From NCBI GenBank assembly GCA_964646465.1, contig CAZYEN010000029.1:2670-66669 (forward strand): 64,000 nucleotides of DNA. Reading direction: 5' to 3'. Both the position numbers and the translations under genes were made by a program. A model generated the notes under the pieces. That model was not told where the DNA came from and searched no databases. It saw nothing but the letters and a program-made list of their open reading frames with translations. This DNA comes from an uncultured Candidatus Saccharibacteria bacterium. Its GTDB lineage: Bacteria > Patescibacteriota > Minisyncoccia > SW-4-49-11. Below, piece after piece: positions 1 through 9,154 of this stretch (position 1 is its first letter; every line of letters starts with the position of its first letter).

Positions 1-658
1 GTAGCGGAAAGGTTGAGGCTTGTACCATCGACTCCCAACCATAATAACTCAATATGCGAGGAGATGTAAAAGATTGTCTTACTTGTCTACTGCACAACCA
101 GAGCCCGAAATGTCTCCAATATTGGAAAAATTTGGGTATGGATGCAAACATGGTATCTCTTTCAGACATGAATATGGTGTTGAGATCTCCTACAATGATG
201 TCGTGGTCATTATCATTTAATATAGCTCTTAGCTCTCTTTCTCTTTTGACAGACGAATTAGCTTCTAAATATGTCACCGCTATCTTAACTCTATATATAT
301 CAAGGGAAACAAAGTTTCTATCCCCGTATAGGTTTTTAAGGGTACTAAATACAACCTCTTCAGGAATATCTTTTCTAACTAAGATGGCATAGTTCATATC
401 CTCTATATCTCCAAGAGGATACAATCCTTCCAATCTGTACTCTGGGAAGAGATGCTCAAATGTACCTTCCTGCCATTTATTCCAACCAAAAGCATCGATG
501 ATTGCCACCACTGATGGAGTAAAAAAATTTATGCATTCTGCGATTTGTCCTAGTCTTAGAGTATAGCCATAAATGTCTTTAATTTTGTAGTCTTTCTGAC
601 CTCCCTGGCAGATATTCCAAACCATTAAGGTTAGAGAGTTTGTAGTGACCACTTGCAA
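1..658 (-). CDS. Endonuclease/exonuclease/phosphatase (EEP) family protein, partial (runs off the window; absent from the ORF track)
   Basis: Manual translation of the minus strand is open from TTG 658 / GTG 652 to position 1: ...LTLMVWNICQGG...NYAILVRK...DIIVGDLNT...STFP, which follows the EEP motif order (WN, GDxN, TFP). Confidence 0.75.
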   Translation of the reverse strand, partial: MQVVTTNSLTLMVWNICQGGQKDYKIKDIYGYTLRLGQIAECINFFTPSVVAIIDAFGWNKWQEGTFEHLFPEYRLEGLYPLGDIEDMNYAILVRKDIPEEVVFSTLKNLYGDRNFVSLDIYRVKIAVTYLEANSSVKRERELRAILNDNDHDIIVGDLNTIFMSERDTMFASIPKFFQYWRHFGLWLCSRQVRQSFTSPRILSYYGWESMVQASTFPL

Positions 659-721
659 AAGCTATAAAGAACATTATCTATATAACATATTTTAGCTATA
701 TTTGCAAGAGGGGGAGTAAAG

Positions 722-747
722 AAAAAACCCCGCTGCTTAGCGGGGTT
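722..747 (-). terminator. Intrinsic terminator; stop codon of ORF 737..904 lies in its loop
   Basis: aaccccgc-tgctta-gcggggtt with an A-run on + (U-tail on -). Confidence 0.75.
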
Positions 748-904
748 GGATAGGTGTCCAAAGGCGTTCCAGCCATCTGGTACATTGCTCTGGGCTCATG
801 ATGAGCCAGAACCTGTCCATCTGGACAGGGGGGAGAACCACTGACTTCTCCCTATGGGGAGAGGAAGTTTCTGGTTGCTTGATCTCGAAAGAAATTTGAG
901 ACAT
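737..904 (-). CDS. Small orphan protein (55 aa, start reassigned to ATG 904)
   Basis: ORF lies between a consensus promoter (930-958) and a terminator; GC-richer than flanks. Confidence 0.55.
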   Translation of the reverse strand: MSQISFEIKQPETSSPHREKSVVLPPVQMDRFWLIMSPEQCTRWLERLWTPIQPR

Positions 905-929
905 TGTTTTATGTCTATTTTCAATTACA

Positions 930-958
930 ATTATACCATAAAAACAGTGTTTTGTCAA
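930..958 (-). promoter_or_regulatory. sigma70 promoter TTGACA-17-TATAAT with extended TG
   Basis: Reverse complement of attata-ccataaaaacagtgttt-tgtcaa is a perfect consensus. Confidence 0.8.
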
Positions 959-980
959 CATATAGTGTCAAATATGAAAA

Positions 981-1012
981 ATAAAAAGCCGTACAAATCA
1001 ATTGTGCGGCTT
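981..1012 (-). terminator. Intrinsic terminator of ORF 1011..1781
   Basis: aagccgtacaa-atcaa-ttgtgcggctt preceded by an A-run. Confidence 0.75.
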
Positions 1013-1781
1013 ATAATGTTTTAGATGTGTTTTGTGAAGTCTGTGCTTCCAGACATTTTTTGAGGTTATTTAGTCTCCAATCAGCTATGTATATGAGTAG
1101 TCCGTAATTTATGTCATTATCTCGGTCTCTATGAGTTTTGTGTTTTCTTCTGTCTAACATTAAACTGGGGTTGCTCCATTCTTGAGTCAATATATCTAAA
1201 TCTATTGTGGTTATTTTGTTGTGTTGTGGTAGAAATCTCCTATTTAATAATATATCGAAATTAATTTTATATCTTAAGCAATATTCTTGTAGGTCTAGCT
1301 CGTGATACCCCCACCCTTTTACTCGTTTTATTTTTCTGATAGTTTGGTTTGATTGAATACAGATTAGATGAATATTTAGTTTGTCGGAGTATAGATTTTC
1401 TGATCTAAGTAAGATGTTAGATATTTCCTCTTTTGTACACTTGTCAAAAGATATATAAAGAATATTAGTGTCACGAATACATATTTTGGCTACATATATA
1501 TTGGGAGTTAGTTTCAATACTCTTATTTTGGCTGGAGATATGTAATAATCAGCAGTTGTTTTTAGAGTTGCTAGACAATACTGGTCATCACATATCCATT
1601 TTAGTTCATATTGATTCCTTATATCAATTATTTTTGTATCACCGGGTTTCGTATTTACAAATAAACAGTAAATTGGAGGGTCTTTTTGATCAAAAATGTC
1701 TTTAACATTTTGATTTCTTGGTAGTTTAGTTGGGTCAAGAATTAGCAAACTAAAGTATTCTGGTGATAAGGAGGTACTCAT
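1011..1781 (-). CDS. Hypothetical protein, divergent paralog of 1899..2636
   Basis: Long ORF (ATG 1781 preferred over TTG 1796); shares ordered motifs with its neighbour. Confidence 0.7.
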   Translation of the reverse strand: MSTSLSPEYFSLLILDPTKLPRNQNVKDIFDQKDPPIYCLFVNTKPGDTKIIDIRNQYELKWICDDQYCLATLKTTADYYISPAKIRVLKLTPNIYVAKICIRDTNILYISFDKCTKEEISNILLRSENLYSDKLNIHLICIQSNQTIRKIKRVKGWGYHELDLQEYCLRYKINFDILLNRRFLPQHNKITTIDLDILTQEWSNPSLMLDRRKHKTHRDRDNDINYGLLIYIADWRLNNLKKCLEAQTSQNTSKTL

Positions 1782-1840
1782 TTTGTAAAAGAACAATTTG
1801 ATATTTTGATTATAACATATAATCTAATATCTTTAATATA

Positions 1841-1878
1841 AAATAAAAAGCCCACTCAGAATGTTCTGGGAGGGCTTT
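1841..1878 (-). terminator. Intrinsic terminator of ORF 1899..2636
   Basis: aaataaaaagccc...gggcttt hairpin. Confidence 0.6.
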
Positions 1879-1898
1879 GGGTGAGTTAGGTTGGGCTA

Positions 1899-2636
1899 TC
1901 AAACTATAGCTTTAAAGCGAGGTCTTTTGCGCATTTTATTTATAAGCAGGCTAGAGGATAGGTACCAACAGTTCTCAAGGTGTTCGAGCTTAGTATCGAC
2001 AATATATATAATACACTTTGTGAAACTCCTATTTTGAAAATATCGAATTACTTCATCATTGAGCCGTTCTATGTTTCTTTCGGAAACAAAGTAATGTAAT
2101 CCTGCCTCATTCTCGTCGTGATGCTCAAAGTGTAGCCACTCCTGATAATCTCCTCCTTCATATTTTGTATTACAACTACAAATCATATCAAGGTCAGAGA
2201 CATTATAGTTTATAAGATTTAAGAAATCAAATACGTACCTTAGTTTTGTTATCTTCGGAATGTATAGTATCTTTAAATTTTTTAAATGTATTTCTAAAGA
2301 TTGCATTGGTCCCATCTTTAGCCTAGCAACAGGTGCATACCGTACATACTGGTTGTGGGGTTTATAGGAAGCTACACAATACTCTCCACACCATTGAATA
2401 TCCCATTGAATATCATAAAAATCAGTAATTTTATTGATGATTGGAGTTATTAAAAGTTTATTCCCGATAAAAATATAATGATTTACAGTATCTAGAGAAT
2501 TCTTATCTGGATCAGCCAATATATTGTTTGCAACCTCCTCCAACTCCTCTGCATAGAGTGGGAGTTGGACATTAATTATTATGGCCAACGAAGTGAGTCG
2601 GCGGGGTCTTACTCTTGGCTTTTCTCTGAACTTCAT
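1899..2636 (-). CDS. Hypothetical protein, divergent paralog of 1011..1781
   Basis: Long ORF; ATG 2636 has GGAG upstream; promoter at 2672-2700. Confidence 0.7.
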   Translation of the reverse strand: MKFREKPRVRPRRLTSLAIIINVQLPLYAEELEEVANNILADPDKNSLDTVNHYIFIGNKLLITPIINKITDFYDIQWDIQWCGEYCVASYKPHNQYVRYAPVARLKMGPMQSLEIHLKNLKILYIPKITKLRYVFDFLNLINYNVSDLDMICSCNTKYEGGDYQEWLHFEHHDENEAGLHYFVSERNIERLNDEVIRYFQNRSFTKCIIYIVDTKLEHLENCWYLSSSLLINKMRKRPRFKAIV

Positions 2637-2671
2637 TTTAGTTCTCCAATTTTTGTGAAAGGGCAAGTTAA

Positions 2672-2700
2672 TTCATACCATAAAAACAAGATGTTGTCAA
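2672..2700 (-). promoter_or_regulatory. sigma70-like promoter TTGACA-17-TATGAA with extended TG, related in sequence to 930-958
   Basis: Shares accataaaaaca, tgtcaa and agtg(t/a)caaat with the 930-975 region. Confidence 0.6.
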
Positions 2701-2778
2701 ATTTCAGTGACAAATAAAGTCTTATTTTAAGTATATTTTTGTGGTATAATGAATATATAAATTATAAAGTTTGCATTC

Positions 2779-3687
2779 ATGCCTAAAAAAATTTCTCTGG
2801 AGATTAAGAACTTATATAAAACTTATCAGGATGGAAAGGTAAAGGCTTTAAATGGCGTTGATCTTACTATTTATAAGGGGGAAATTTTTGGTCTTCTGGG
2901 GCCTAATGGAGCTGGGAAATCTACTTTGATTAATATTATAACTACTCTTGCTAATAAAACATCGGGTGATATTATAGTTAATGGTATTGATTTTGCAAAA
3001 TTTCCCTCAGAGGCCAAGACTTATCTCGGGGTGGTGCCACAGGAATTTAATTTTAATTGGTTTGAAAAGGTGGAAGATATTGTAGTTCAGCAAGCTGGAT
3101 TTTATGGGATGCCAGCGAGAGAAGCAAAAGAGCGGGCTGAAGTTTTACTCAAACGATTGGGTTTGTGGGATAAGAGGAATACAATCTCAATGAAATTGTC
3201 CGGAGGGATGAAGAGACGCTTGATGATTGTGCGGGCTCTGATTCATAAGCCTGAGATTTTGATACTAGACGAGCCCTCCGCAGGAGTAGATGTGGACTTG
3301 AGGCGAGAGATGTGGGAGTTTGTAAGAGAGTTGAATCAAGAGGGAGTGACTATTATCCTAACCACTCATTATTTGGAAGAGGCGGAGAATCTTTGTGATA
3401 GAGTAGGAATTATTAATAAAGGAAATATATTAGAAATAGGTACAGTCAAAGAATTATTATCTGAGCTTAAAAAAGATACTTTGGTACTGGATGTAGTGGG
3501 AGAGATAAGAGCTTTACCAGATAGGTATAGAATAGTTGAAGATGGTAGATTGGAGACAGATTTATTACAAGGAGAGGATTTATACAATGTTACAAATGAA
3601 TTACATAGCAAGGGGTTACAGGTGACGGGTATTAGGAATAAGACCAATCGTCTAGAAGAGGTGTTTATTAATAAAGTAAATCAATAA
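2779..3687 (+). CDS. yadG: ABC transporter ATP-binding protein (YadG-like)
   Basis: GPNGAGKST, LSGGMKRR, ILILDEP. Confidence 0.9.
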   Translation: MPKKISLEIKNLYKTYQDGKVKALNGVDLTIYKGEIFGLLGPNGAGKSTLINIITTLANKTSGDIIVNGIDFAKFPSEAKTYLGVVPQEFNFNWFEKVEDIVVQQAGFYGMPAREAKERAEVLLKRLGLWDKRNTISMKLSGGMKRRLMIVRALIHKPEILILDEPSAGVDVDLRREMWEFVRELNQEGVTIILTTHYLEEAENLCDRVGIINKGNILEIGTVKELLSELKKDTLVLDVVGEIRALPDRYRIVEDGRLETDLLQGEDLYNVTNELHSKGLQVTGIRNKTNRLEEVFINKVNQ

Positions 3688-3688
3688 T

Positions 3689-4459
3689 ATGAAGGCTCCA
3701 GTTTTTACACCATTATATACGATTATCAATAAAGAAATGATTCGAATTTTTCGAATCTGGACACAAACATTATTACCTTCTGTTATTACTACGAGTCTTT
3801 ATTTTTTGATTTTTGGTTCTTTTGTGGGCTCTCAAATTAAGGATATTGAAGGTATTAGCTATATGCAGTTTATAGTACCTGGACTGGTGATGATGGCAAT
3901 TATTACTAATTCTTTTATGAATGTGGTAGGATCCTTTTTTGGAGCTAAATTTGGGAAAAGCATAGAGGAACTACTAGTATCTCCAACTCCAAACTGGGTA
4001 ATTGTCTGGGGTTATGTGATTGGAGGAGTGGTAAGAGGACTTGTAGTGGGAGTTTTGGTGCTGATTATCGCATTATTATTTACCAAGCTGACTATTATGA
4101 ATTTGTGGGCTGTTATTCTATTCTCAGTCTTAACGGCTGTAGTATTCTCATTAGGTGGACTTATGAATGCAGTTTTTGCTAAAAAATTTGACCATACAGC
4201 TATTGTACCGACTTTTGTACTAACCCCTCTTACTTATCTTGGAGGAGTGTTTTATTCGGTTAACGCTCTACCAGAATTTTGGCAAAATATCTCGAAATTT
4301 AATCCAATTCTATATATGGTAAATGGCTTTAGATTTGGATTTTTTGGAGTTACTGATGTCTCAATTACAATCTCAGTTGTAATCTTGGTGATGTTGGTCT
4401 TGATATTATCTATTACTGATGTAATTCTTTTGAGAAAAGGTGTGGGGTTGAGGAGTTAG
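3689..4459 (+). CDS. yadH: ABC-2 transporter permease (YadH-like)
   Basis: RIWTQTLLP, YMQFIVPGL, LTPLTYLGGVFYS; about 6 TM. Confidence 0.9.
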   Translation: MKAPVFTPLYTIINKEMIRIFRIWTQTLLPSVITTSLYFLIFGSFVGSQIKDIEGISYMQFIVPGLVMMAIITNSFMNVVGSFFGAKFGKSIEELLVSPTPNWVIVWGYVIGGVVRGLVVGVLVLIIALLFTKLTIMNLWAVILFSVLTAVVFSLGGLMNAVFAKKFDHTAIVPTFVLTPLTYLGGVFYSVNALPEFWQNISKFNPILYMVNGFRFGFFGVTDVSITISVVILVMLVLILSITDVILLRKGVGLRS

Positions 4460-4479
4460 GGGGCGATAACATAATTATT

Positions 4480-4773
4480 ATGGAAACAATATATTTTATT
4501 TTAGTCTTATATACTATATTATTACCAATACCATTTGGCATATTTTGCATTATGTATACGATTAATTATAAAACTAAATATAAAAGTCAATTGTGGTGGA
4601 TATTAGGTCTTATTTGTATTTCTTATATACTTATGGCTATGGGAGGAATCATTAGCGATAATCTCGGTACAGATGGGGGGCAATTTAATTGGATTACTGA
4701 TATTATTATTACTATTAGCTATATCCTTGGATTTAGGTATCTATATAAAATAAAAAAATTAAGAGAAAAGTAA
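4480..4773 (+). CDS. Small membrane protein
   Basis: About 3 hydrophobic segments. Confidence 0.6.
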   Translation: METIYFILVLYTILLPIPFGIFCIMYTINYKTKYKSQLWWILGLICISYILMAMGGIISDNLGTDGGQFNWITDIIITISYILGFRYLYKIKKLREK

Positions 4774-4801
4774 AGTACTAGAAATACTTAGTAAATATTA
4801 A

Positions 4802-5146
4802 ATGAATATACTTAAAAATAACATTCTCACACTAACAATAATATTAGCGATAGCGATAATATTTTATTTTATTCCATTTATGTTTGGGCAATTCATATCT
4901 CCTTTTATAATTTTGATTGGGTTGAAAATGTCCCTACAAGCAAAAAGTTTAGATAAAATTATATTAGTTTTGGTGTCTATAGTATTTTATTGGTATTCTT
5001 TACAGATGATATCTTTAGAGATGGATCAATTAGATAATGTGATTGATAAAGAAGTACAAATTCCCACCAGTCAACTAACTCATAGTATTACAATATTTGT
5101 AGCTTGTTATGTAGTCGGTTTTGGGGCGATAAAAAGAAGAAAATAG
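4802..5146 (+). CDS. Small membrane protein
   Basis: Hydrophobic segments, basic C-terminus. Confidence 0.6.
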   Translation: MNILKNNILTLTIILAIAIIFYFIPFMFGQFISPFIILIGLKMSLQAKSLDKIILVLVSIVFYWYSLQMISLEMDQLDNVIDKEVQIPTSQLTHSITIFVACYVVGFGAIKRRK

Positions 5147-5147
5147 C

Positions 5148-5429
5148 TCACCCCTCCACTTTTTCAAATCTATTAACAATTTGTCCCTTTTCTAGTTGGA
5201 CGGGTGTATTCCAGCCATCCTCACCATTTACTTTTCTGACCCAGATTATTGAGTCGTCTAGACTTTGGTAAATTACTACAGGCTCTTCATCCCATTCTAA
5301 TAGGGCTAGATTGAGTACTTTGTAATGTTTTTGAGGACTTTTGTAATGATAATATTTAACTCCTATTTTTATATTATATTGCTCGAGATTTAATTTATCT
5401 AATAATTGAGTGGAGTCTGTATGTGCCAT
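5148..5429 (-). CDS. DUF1653 family protein
   Basis: YYHYK...YKVL...EPVVIYQSL...WVR...RF pattern. Confidence 0.8.
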   Translation of the reverse strand: MAHTDSTQLLDKLNLEQYNIKIGVKYYHYKSPQKHYKVLNLALLEWDEEPVVIYQSLDDSIIWVRKVNGEDGWNTPVQLEKGQIVNRFEKVEG

Positions 5430-5478
5430 AGATTTTAAGTTTAGAATATACTTAATTATAGCATAATTATAGTCCCTC

Positions 5479-5513
5479 TATATATAAATGCAAATGATTT
5501 GCATTTATATATA
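5479..5513. promoter_or_regulatory. Perfect 17-1-17 palindrome, Zur/Fur-type operator candidate overlapping promoter TTGCAT-17-TATACT
   Basis: tatatataaatgcaaat-g-atttgcatttatatata directly upstream of a COG0523 gene; -35 at 5499-5504, -10 at 5522-5527. Confidence 0.75.
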
Positions 5514-5551
5514 TTCTTTGATATACTTTGAAAAGTAAATTAGATAATATT

Positions 5552-6631
5552 ATGCAAGATAAGCAAACTAAACTTTTACCGGTGACGGTATTATCTGGAT
5601 TCTTAGGTAGTGGGAAAACCACTCTTCTTAATGCCATTCTCAAAAATAGGCAGGGTCTTAAGGTTGCTGTGATCGTGAATGATATGTCTGAAGTGAATAT
5701 TGATGCTGAATTGGTAGCTAATAATGAAGTCTCTCTAAGTCAGACTGAGGAAAAGTTAGTAGAGCTCAGCAATGGATGTATTTGTTGTACATTGCGGGAA
5801 GATTTATTGGTGGAGGTGAAAAAATTAGCTCAAGAAAATCGTTTTGATTATCTCGTGATTGAATCTACAGGAATATCTGAACCATTACCTATTGCTGAAA
5901 CTTTTACTTTTGATGATGAGTCTGGAGATATTTTGTCTAATTTCGCAAGATTAGATACTATGGTGACGGTGGTAGATACGGCTAATTTTATGAATTATCT
6001 TGCCTCAGAAGATCAGCTTAAAGATACTGATGAATCTCTTGGGGAAGAGGATACCCGAACCATTGTAGGACTCCTTACAGATCAAATTGAATTTGCTGAT
6101 GTGATTGTATTATCTAAAGTGGATTTGGTGGATAAGGGAACTGTGGGTACTATTCGAGGTATTGTAACCAAGCTTAACCCTGATGCCAGAATTATTGAAG
6201 CGGTGAAAGGCGATATTCCTCTTAATGAGATTCTCAATACCGGATTATTTGATTTTGATAAGGCTTCTCAAAATGTGGGGTGGCTCAAAGAGATGCGAGG
6301 AGAACATACTCCAGAAACTGAGGAATATGGCATTAGTAGTTTTGTCTATGAGTCCAAAAAGCCTTTTGATAGACAAAAGCTGATGGAATTATTGCAAAAT
6401 GGTACACTACAGGGCGTAGTCCGATCTAAAGGGTTTGCTTGGGATAATTCTGACCTTACGACAGCTTTATTATGGTCTCAAGCAGGGAATATTATCAATC
6501 TAGACCCGTATGGATATTGGAGTAAATCTAAGAGTGGGTATATTAAGGGGGAGCAAAAAATTGTCTTTATTGGAGCTAATATGGATAAAAAAGCTATTGC
6601 AGAAGCTTTAGATAAGTGTTTGGGGATATGA
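5552..6631 (+). CDS. COG0523 G3E zinc metallochaperone GTPase (YciC/ZigA/CobW family)
   Basis: GFLGSGKTT, VNDMSEVNID, NGCICCTLREDL, IESTGISEP, CobW_C-like tail. Confidence 0.92.
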   Translation: MQDKQTKLLPVTVLSGFLGSGKTTLLNAILKNRQGLKVAVIVNDMSEVNIDAELVANNEVSLSQTEEKLVELSNGCICCTLREDLLVEVKKLAQENRFDYLVIESTGISEPLPIAETFTFDDESGDILSNFARLDTMVTVVDTANFMNYLASEDQLKDTDESLGEEDTRTIVGLLTDQIEFADVIVLSKVDLVDKGTVGTIRGIVTKLNPDARIIEAVKGDIPLNEILNTGLFDFDKASQNVGWLKEMRGEHTPETEEYGISSFVYESKKPFDRQKLMELLQNGTLQGVVRSKGFAWDNSDLTTALLWSQAGNIINLDPYGYWSKSKSGYIKGEQKIVFIGANMDKKAIAEALDKCLGI

Positions 6632-7461
6632 TTTTAGCATTTTTAGGTAAAGGTGGTAGTGGTAAGTCTTCTGTATCTGCTCAGATGTCCCTTTATCTTG
6701 CTTCTCAGAGGAAAAATGTATTGGCTATTGATGCTGATCATAATATGGATTTGTCATATAATCTGGAGGGAGAAGATATGATGTATTATGGAAATGCTTT
6801 AATGGATTTACAATTAGCAGTTGGTCTTGATAAAGAAGAAAAGTATTCAGCTGTATTTTTGCAGAATATAGTGAAACGATTTACTTTATCTCCATTATCT
6901 TCTGAAATTGAGAAGTATTCTATGAAGTTGGAGAATGGTATTCGATTGATGAGTGCTGGACCTCAAACTGATGATGTCCTGTATGGAAAAGCTTGTAGTC
7001 ATATTTTAACTACTCCATTAAAACTTCTTCTTCCTTTATTAGAGCTTCAAGAAAATGAGGTTGTGATAATTGATGAAAAAGCTGGAGCCGATGGAGTTTC
7101 TACAGGAATTATTACAGGGGTGGATATTGGAGTAATAGTTTGTGAACCAGCATTACATAGTATCAAAACTGCAAAGCAAATTGCAGAATTAATAAAATTT
7201 TATGAAACTCCTTATATGTTTGTAGGGAATAAAGTAACTTCAAGTGAAGACAAAAATTTTATTGAGGAAAGTTTGGGAGAGATTCCTATTGCTTACTTAA
7301 TGGAAAGTACGAATCTAAAAAGAAATCCCTCTCTCTTGGTTTCAGAGTGGAGTGATGAGCTGTCCATGATATTCGAACATGCACAAAAGATATCTCAGAA
7401 TAATCGTTTAGAAAGAACCATAAAGAAATTTCAACGAAATCAGAAATTTTCTCATAATTAG
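6628..7461 (+). CDS. CooC-like MinD/ParA-family ATPase (metal-insertion type)
   Basis: GKGGSGKS, AIDAD, IDEKAG, VCEP; ATGA overlap with the COG0523 gene. Confidence 0.75.
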   Translation: MILAFLGKGGSGKSSVSAQMSLYLASQRKNVLAIDADHNMDLSYNLEGEDMMYYGNALMDLQLAVGLDKEEKYSAVFLQNIVKRFTLSPLSSEIEKYSMKLENGIRLMSAGPQTDDVLYGKACSHILTTPLKLLLPLLELQENEVVIIDEKAGADGVSTGIITGVDIGVIVCEPALHSIKTAKQIAELIKFYETPYMFVGNKVTSSEDKNFIEESLGEIPIAYLMESTNLKRNPSLLVSEWSDELSMIFEHAQKISQNNRLERTIKKFQRNQKFSHN

Positions 7462-7464
7462 TTG

Positions 7465-7506
7465 CCGTTACCAAAGAGCTCACGAGAATGGGTTCTTTGG
7501 TGATGG
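7465..7506 (+). other. 18-bp RNA hairpin with four G.U pairs and no U-tail
   Basis: ccgttaccaaagagctca-cgagaa-tgggttctttggtgatgg. Confidence 0.65.
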
Positions 7507-7549
7507 GAACATTACCAGGTTACAATCCCTTTACGGAGACTCACACATC

Positions 7550-8257
7550 ATGTGTAATGCACATTTCAATGAACATCTTGCTCCTCTTAATCGTCGGCAT
7601 TTGGAAGATGTTCAGACTTATTTTCCCTCTCAAGCTGAGTTTGCAGAAAAAGTCTTTCATGCGTTGATATCTAATTTGAATCCTCAGGTTAACCTTCTTG
7701 TTGCCTTTGTGGCTCTGAAGTATCAATATGATCTTGGTATGAGAGGTATTTTTGGAAGATTTGGCAGAGTGCTTTATGCTCCACTTTCTATCGTTGCAAA
7801 AACAGGCTCTCATGAATGGATTCGTTTCCGTCCCATCGTTGTGGAGGAACTTCACAAAAGTTTCCTTTCCCTTATGATGGCGAAAGAGAATCGTCTAGCT
7901 TTGGAGGGTGTGATGGGTGAGTATGGACTTACTCTATCGCAGAGACATTGCTGTGGCATTATCTTTGGAGAAAGTTCATCGGTATATCGCTTTGAGTCTT
8001 CAGATGAGTCAAAGTTGCGGAATGAAATGCGGAGTTATGCTGAATCAATGGGTATGCCTGTTAGAGTTGTAGAGTTTGATAATATCCCAAGTGAGAATAG
8101 TGATTTGGGAGTAGTTGAACGAGCATTTTATGATTTGTGCAGTGATGTGTTTGCTCGAATTGCATTGCAAGGATATGAATCTTATATTGATCCTCGGCAA
8201 GAATTGCTCTGGGATGAAATTGTTCTCTCAAAACCAGTTTTTATGAATACTTTGTGA
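7550..8257 (+). CDS. Orphan hypothetical protein
   Basis: 235-aa ORF with GGAG upstream and a terminator downstream; GC-richer than flanks. Confidence 0.7.
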   Translation: MCNAHFNEHLAPLNRRHLEDVQTYFPSQAEFAEKVFHALISNLNPQVNLLVAFVALKYQYDLGMRGIFGRFGRVLYAPLSIVAKTGSHEWIRFRPIVVEELHKSFLSLMMAKENRLALEGVMGEYGLTLSQRHCCGIIFGESSSVYRFESSDESKLRNEMRSYAESMGMPVRVVEFDNIPSENSDLGVVERAFYDLCSDVFARIALQGYESYIDPRQELLWDEIVLSKPVFMNTL

Positions 8258-8271
8258 GTTTGTACTCCATC

Positions 8272-8300
8272 AAGCCTGGCACCATGTGTTGGGCTTTTCT
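8272..8300 (+). terminator. Intrinsic terminator
   Basis: aagcctggcac-cat-gtgttgggctt followed by tt. Confidence 0.7.
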
Positions 8301-8368
8301 ATATTCAAAAAGATAATATTGTAGTACAATATATTTTAAATATTGTATCCCGAATCGATAAGAACAGA

Positions 8369-9073
8369 ATGATATATTGGAATCAAAGATTAGTAGTGGT
8401 ATTACTTACTATAATAGCGTTGGGGATTGTATCTATCAGTGCTATAGTATCTCCAAAGGGGGATGAGTTATTGGAGAAAAAAGCTTCTCTATCTTATAAT
8501 TCCATGTCTGATCCTAGTAGGACCTTTAGCGTGGACCAAGAGGCCAATATACCTACTTGGTTTACCAGTGGGATTGCTTTATATTTAGCTATGACTGCAG
8601 CTATGATTGCCTCCGTTGTAAAATCTCAAGGAAGTAAACAATCATGGGCTTGGAGAGGAATATCTATAATGGCAATTTATATCGCTCTTGATGAAGTGGC
8701 GGGATTCCATGAACTGGCAATTGAGCCTATAAGAGATACCTGGGAAATAAGCCCTTGGTTATATCAGGCTTGGGTCATACCAGCTATGCTAGGAGTGGTT
8801 TTTATCGGGATTATTTATTCTAGATTTTTGTGGAAATTACCTATTTATACAAAAATTTATTTATGTCTAGGGTCCTTAACTTATATTACTGGTGCTATTG
8901 GAGTAGAGGCAATTGGAGGGTTTGTATTGACTACTCAAGGTTTGAGTGATTGGTATGTTCAATTATCTCATATTGAAGAGTTTTTAGAAATGATGGGCTT
9001 GATCATTATTCTATATTCGGTTGTAGAATACGCTCGTCGTGAGCTTAAGTCTATGACAGTGATTTTAAAATAG
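8369..9073 (+). CDS. Multi-pass membrane protein of unknown function
   Basis: About 6 TM with charged motifs ALDEVAGFHE and IEEFLEMMG. Confidence 0.75.
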   Translation: MIYWNQRLVVVLLTIIALGIVSISAIVSPKGDELLEKKASLSYNSMSDPSRTFSVDQEANIPTWFTSGIALYLAMTAAMIASVVKSQGSKQSWAWRGISIMAIYIALDEVAGFHELAIEPIRDTWEISPWLYQAWVIPAMLGVVFIGIIYSRFLWKLPIYTKIYLCLGSLTYITGAIGVEAIGGFVLTTQGLSDWYVQLSHIEEFLEMMGLIIILYSVVEYARRELKSMTVILK

Positions 9074-9091
9074 AAAAATGTATGACAACTA

Positions 9092-9120
9092 TTGACAAAA
9101 GTTCAAAAATATGTTAGTGT
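9092..9120 (+). promoter_or_regulatory. sigma70-like promoter TTGACA-17-TAGTGT
   Basis: Direct reading upstream of 9155. Confidence 0.5.
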
Positions 9121-9154
9121 CCATGATAAATATAATTAGATTAGATGTGTCGCT

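Noticed and set aside
1-20. gtagcggaaagg resembling the GTAG REP at 31014
   Set aside because: No hairpin follows and it lies inside the EEP coding frame
20-392. Plus-strand ORFs 20..220 and 54..392
   Set aside because: Shadows of the minus-strand EEP gene, which has recognisable motifs
7465-7506. Hairpin as an integron attC site
   Set aside because: No RYYYAAC/GTTRRRY boxes or extrahelical bases, and no integrase in the window
7550-8257. Beta-carbonic anhydrase call from HCCG
   Set aside because: Spacing is not HxxC and there is no CxD motif
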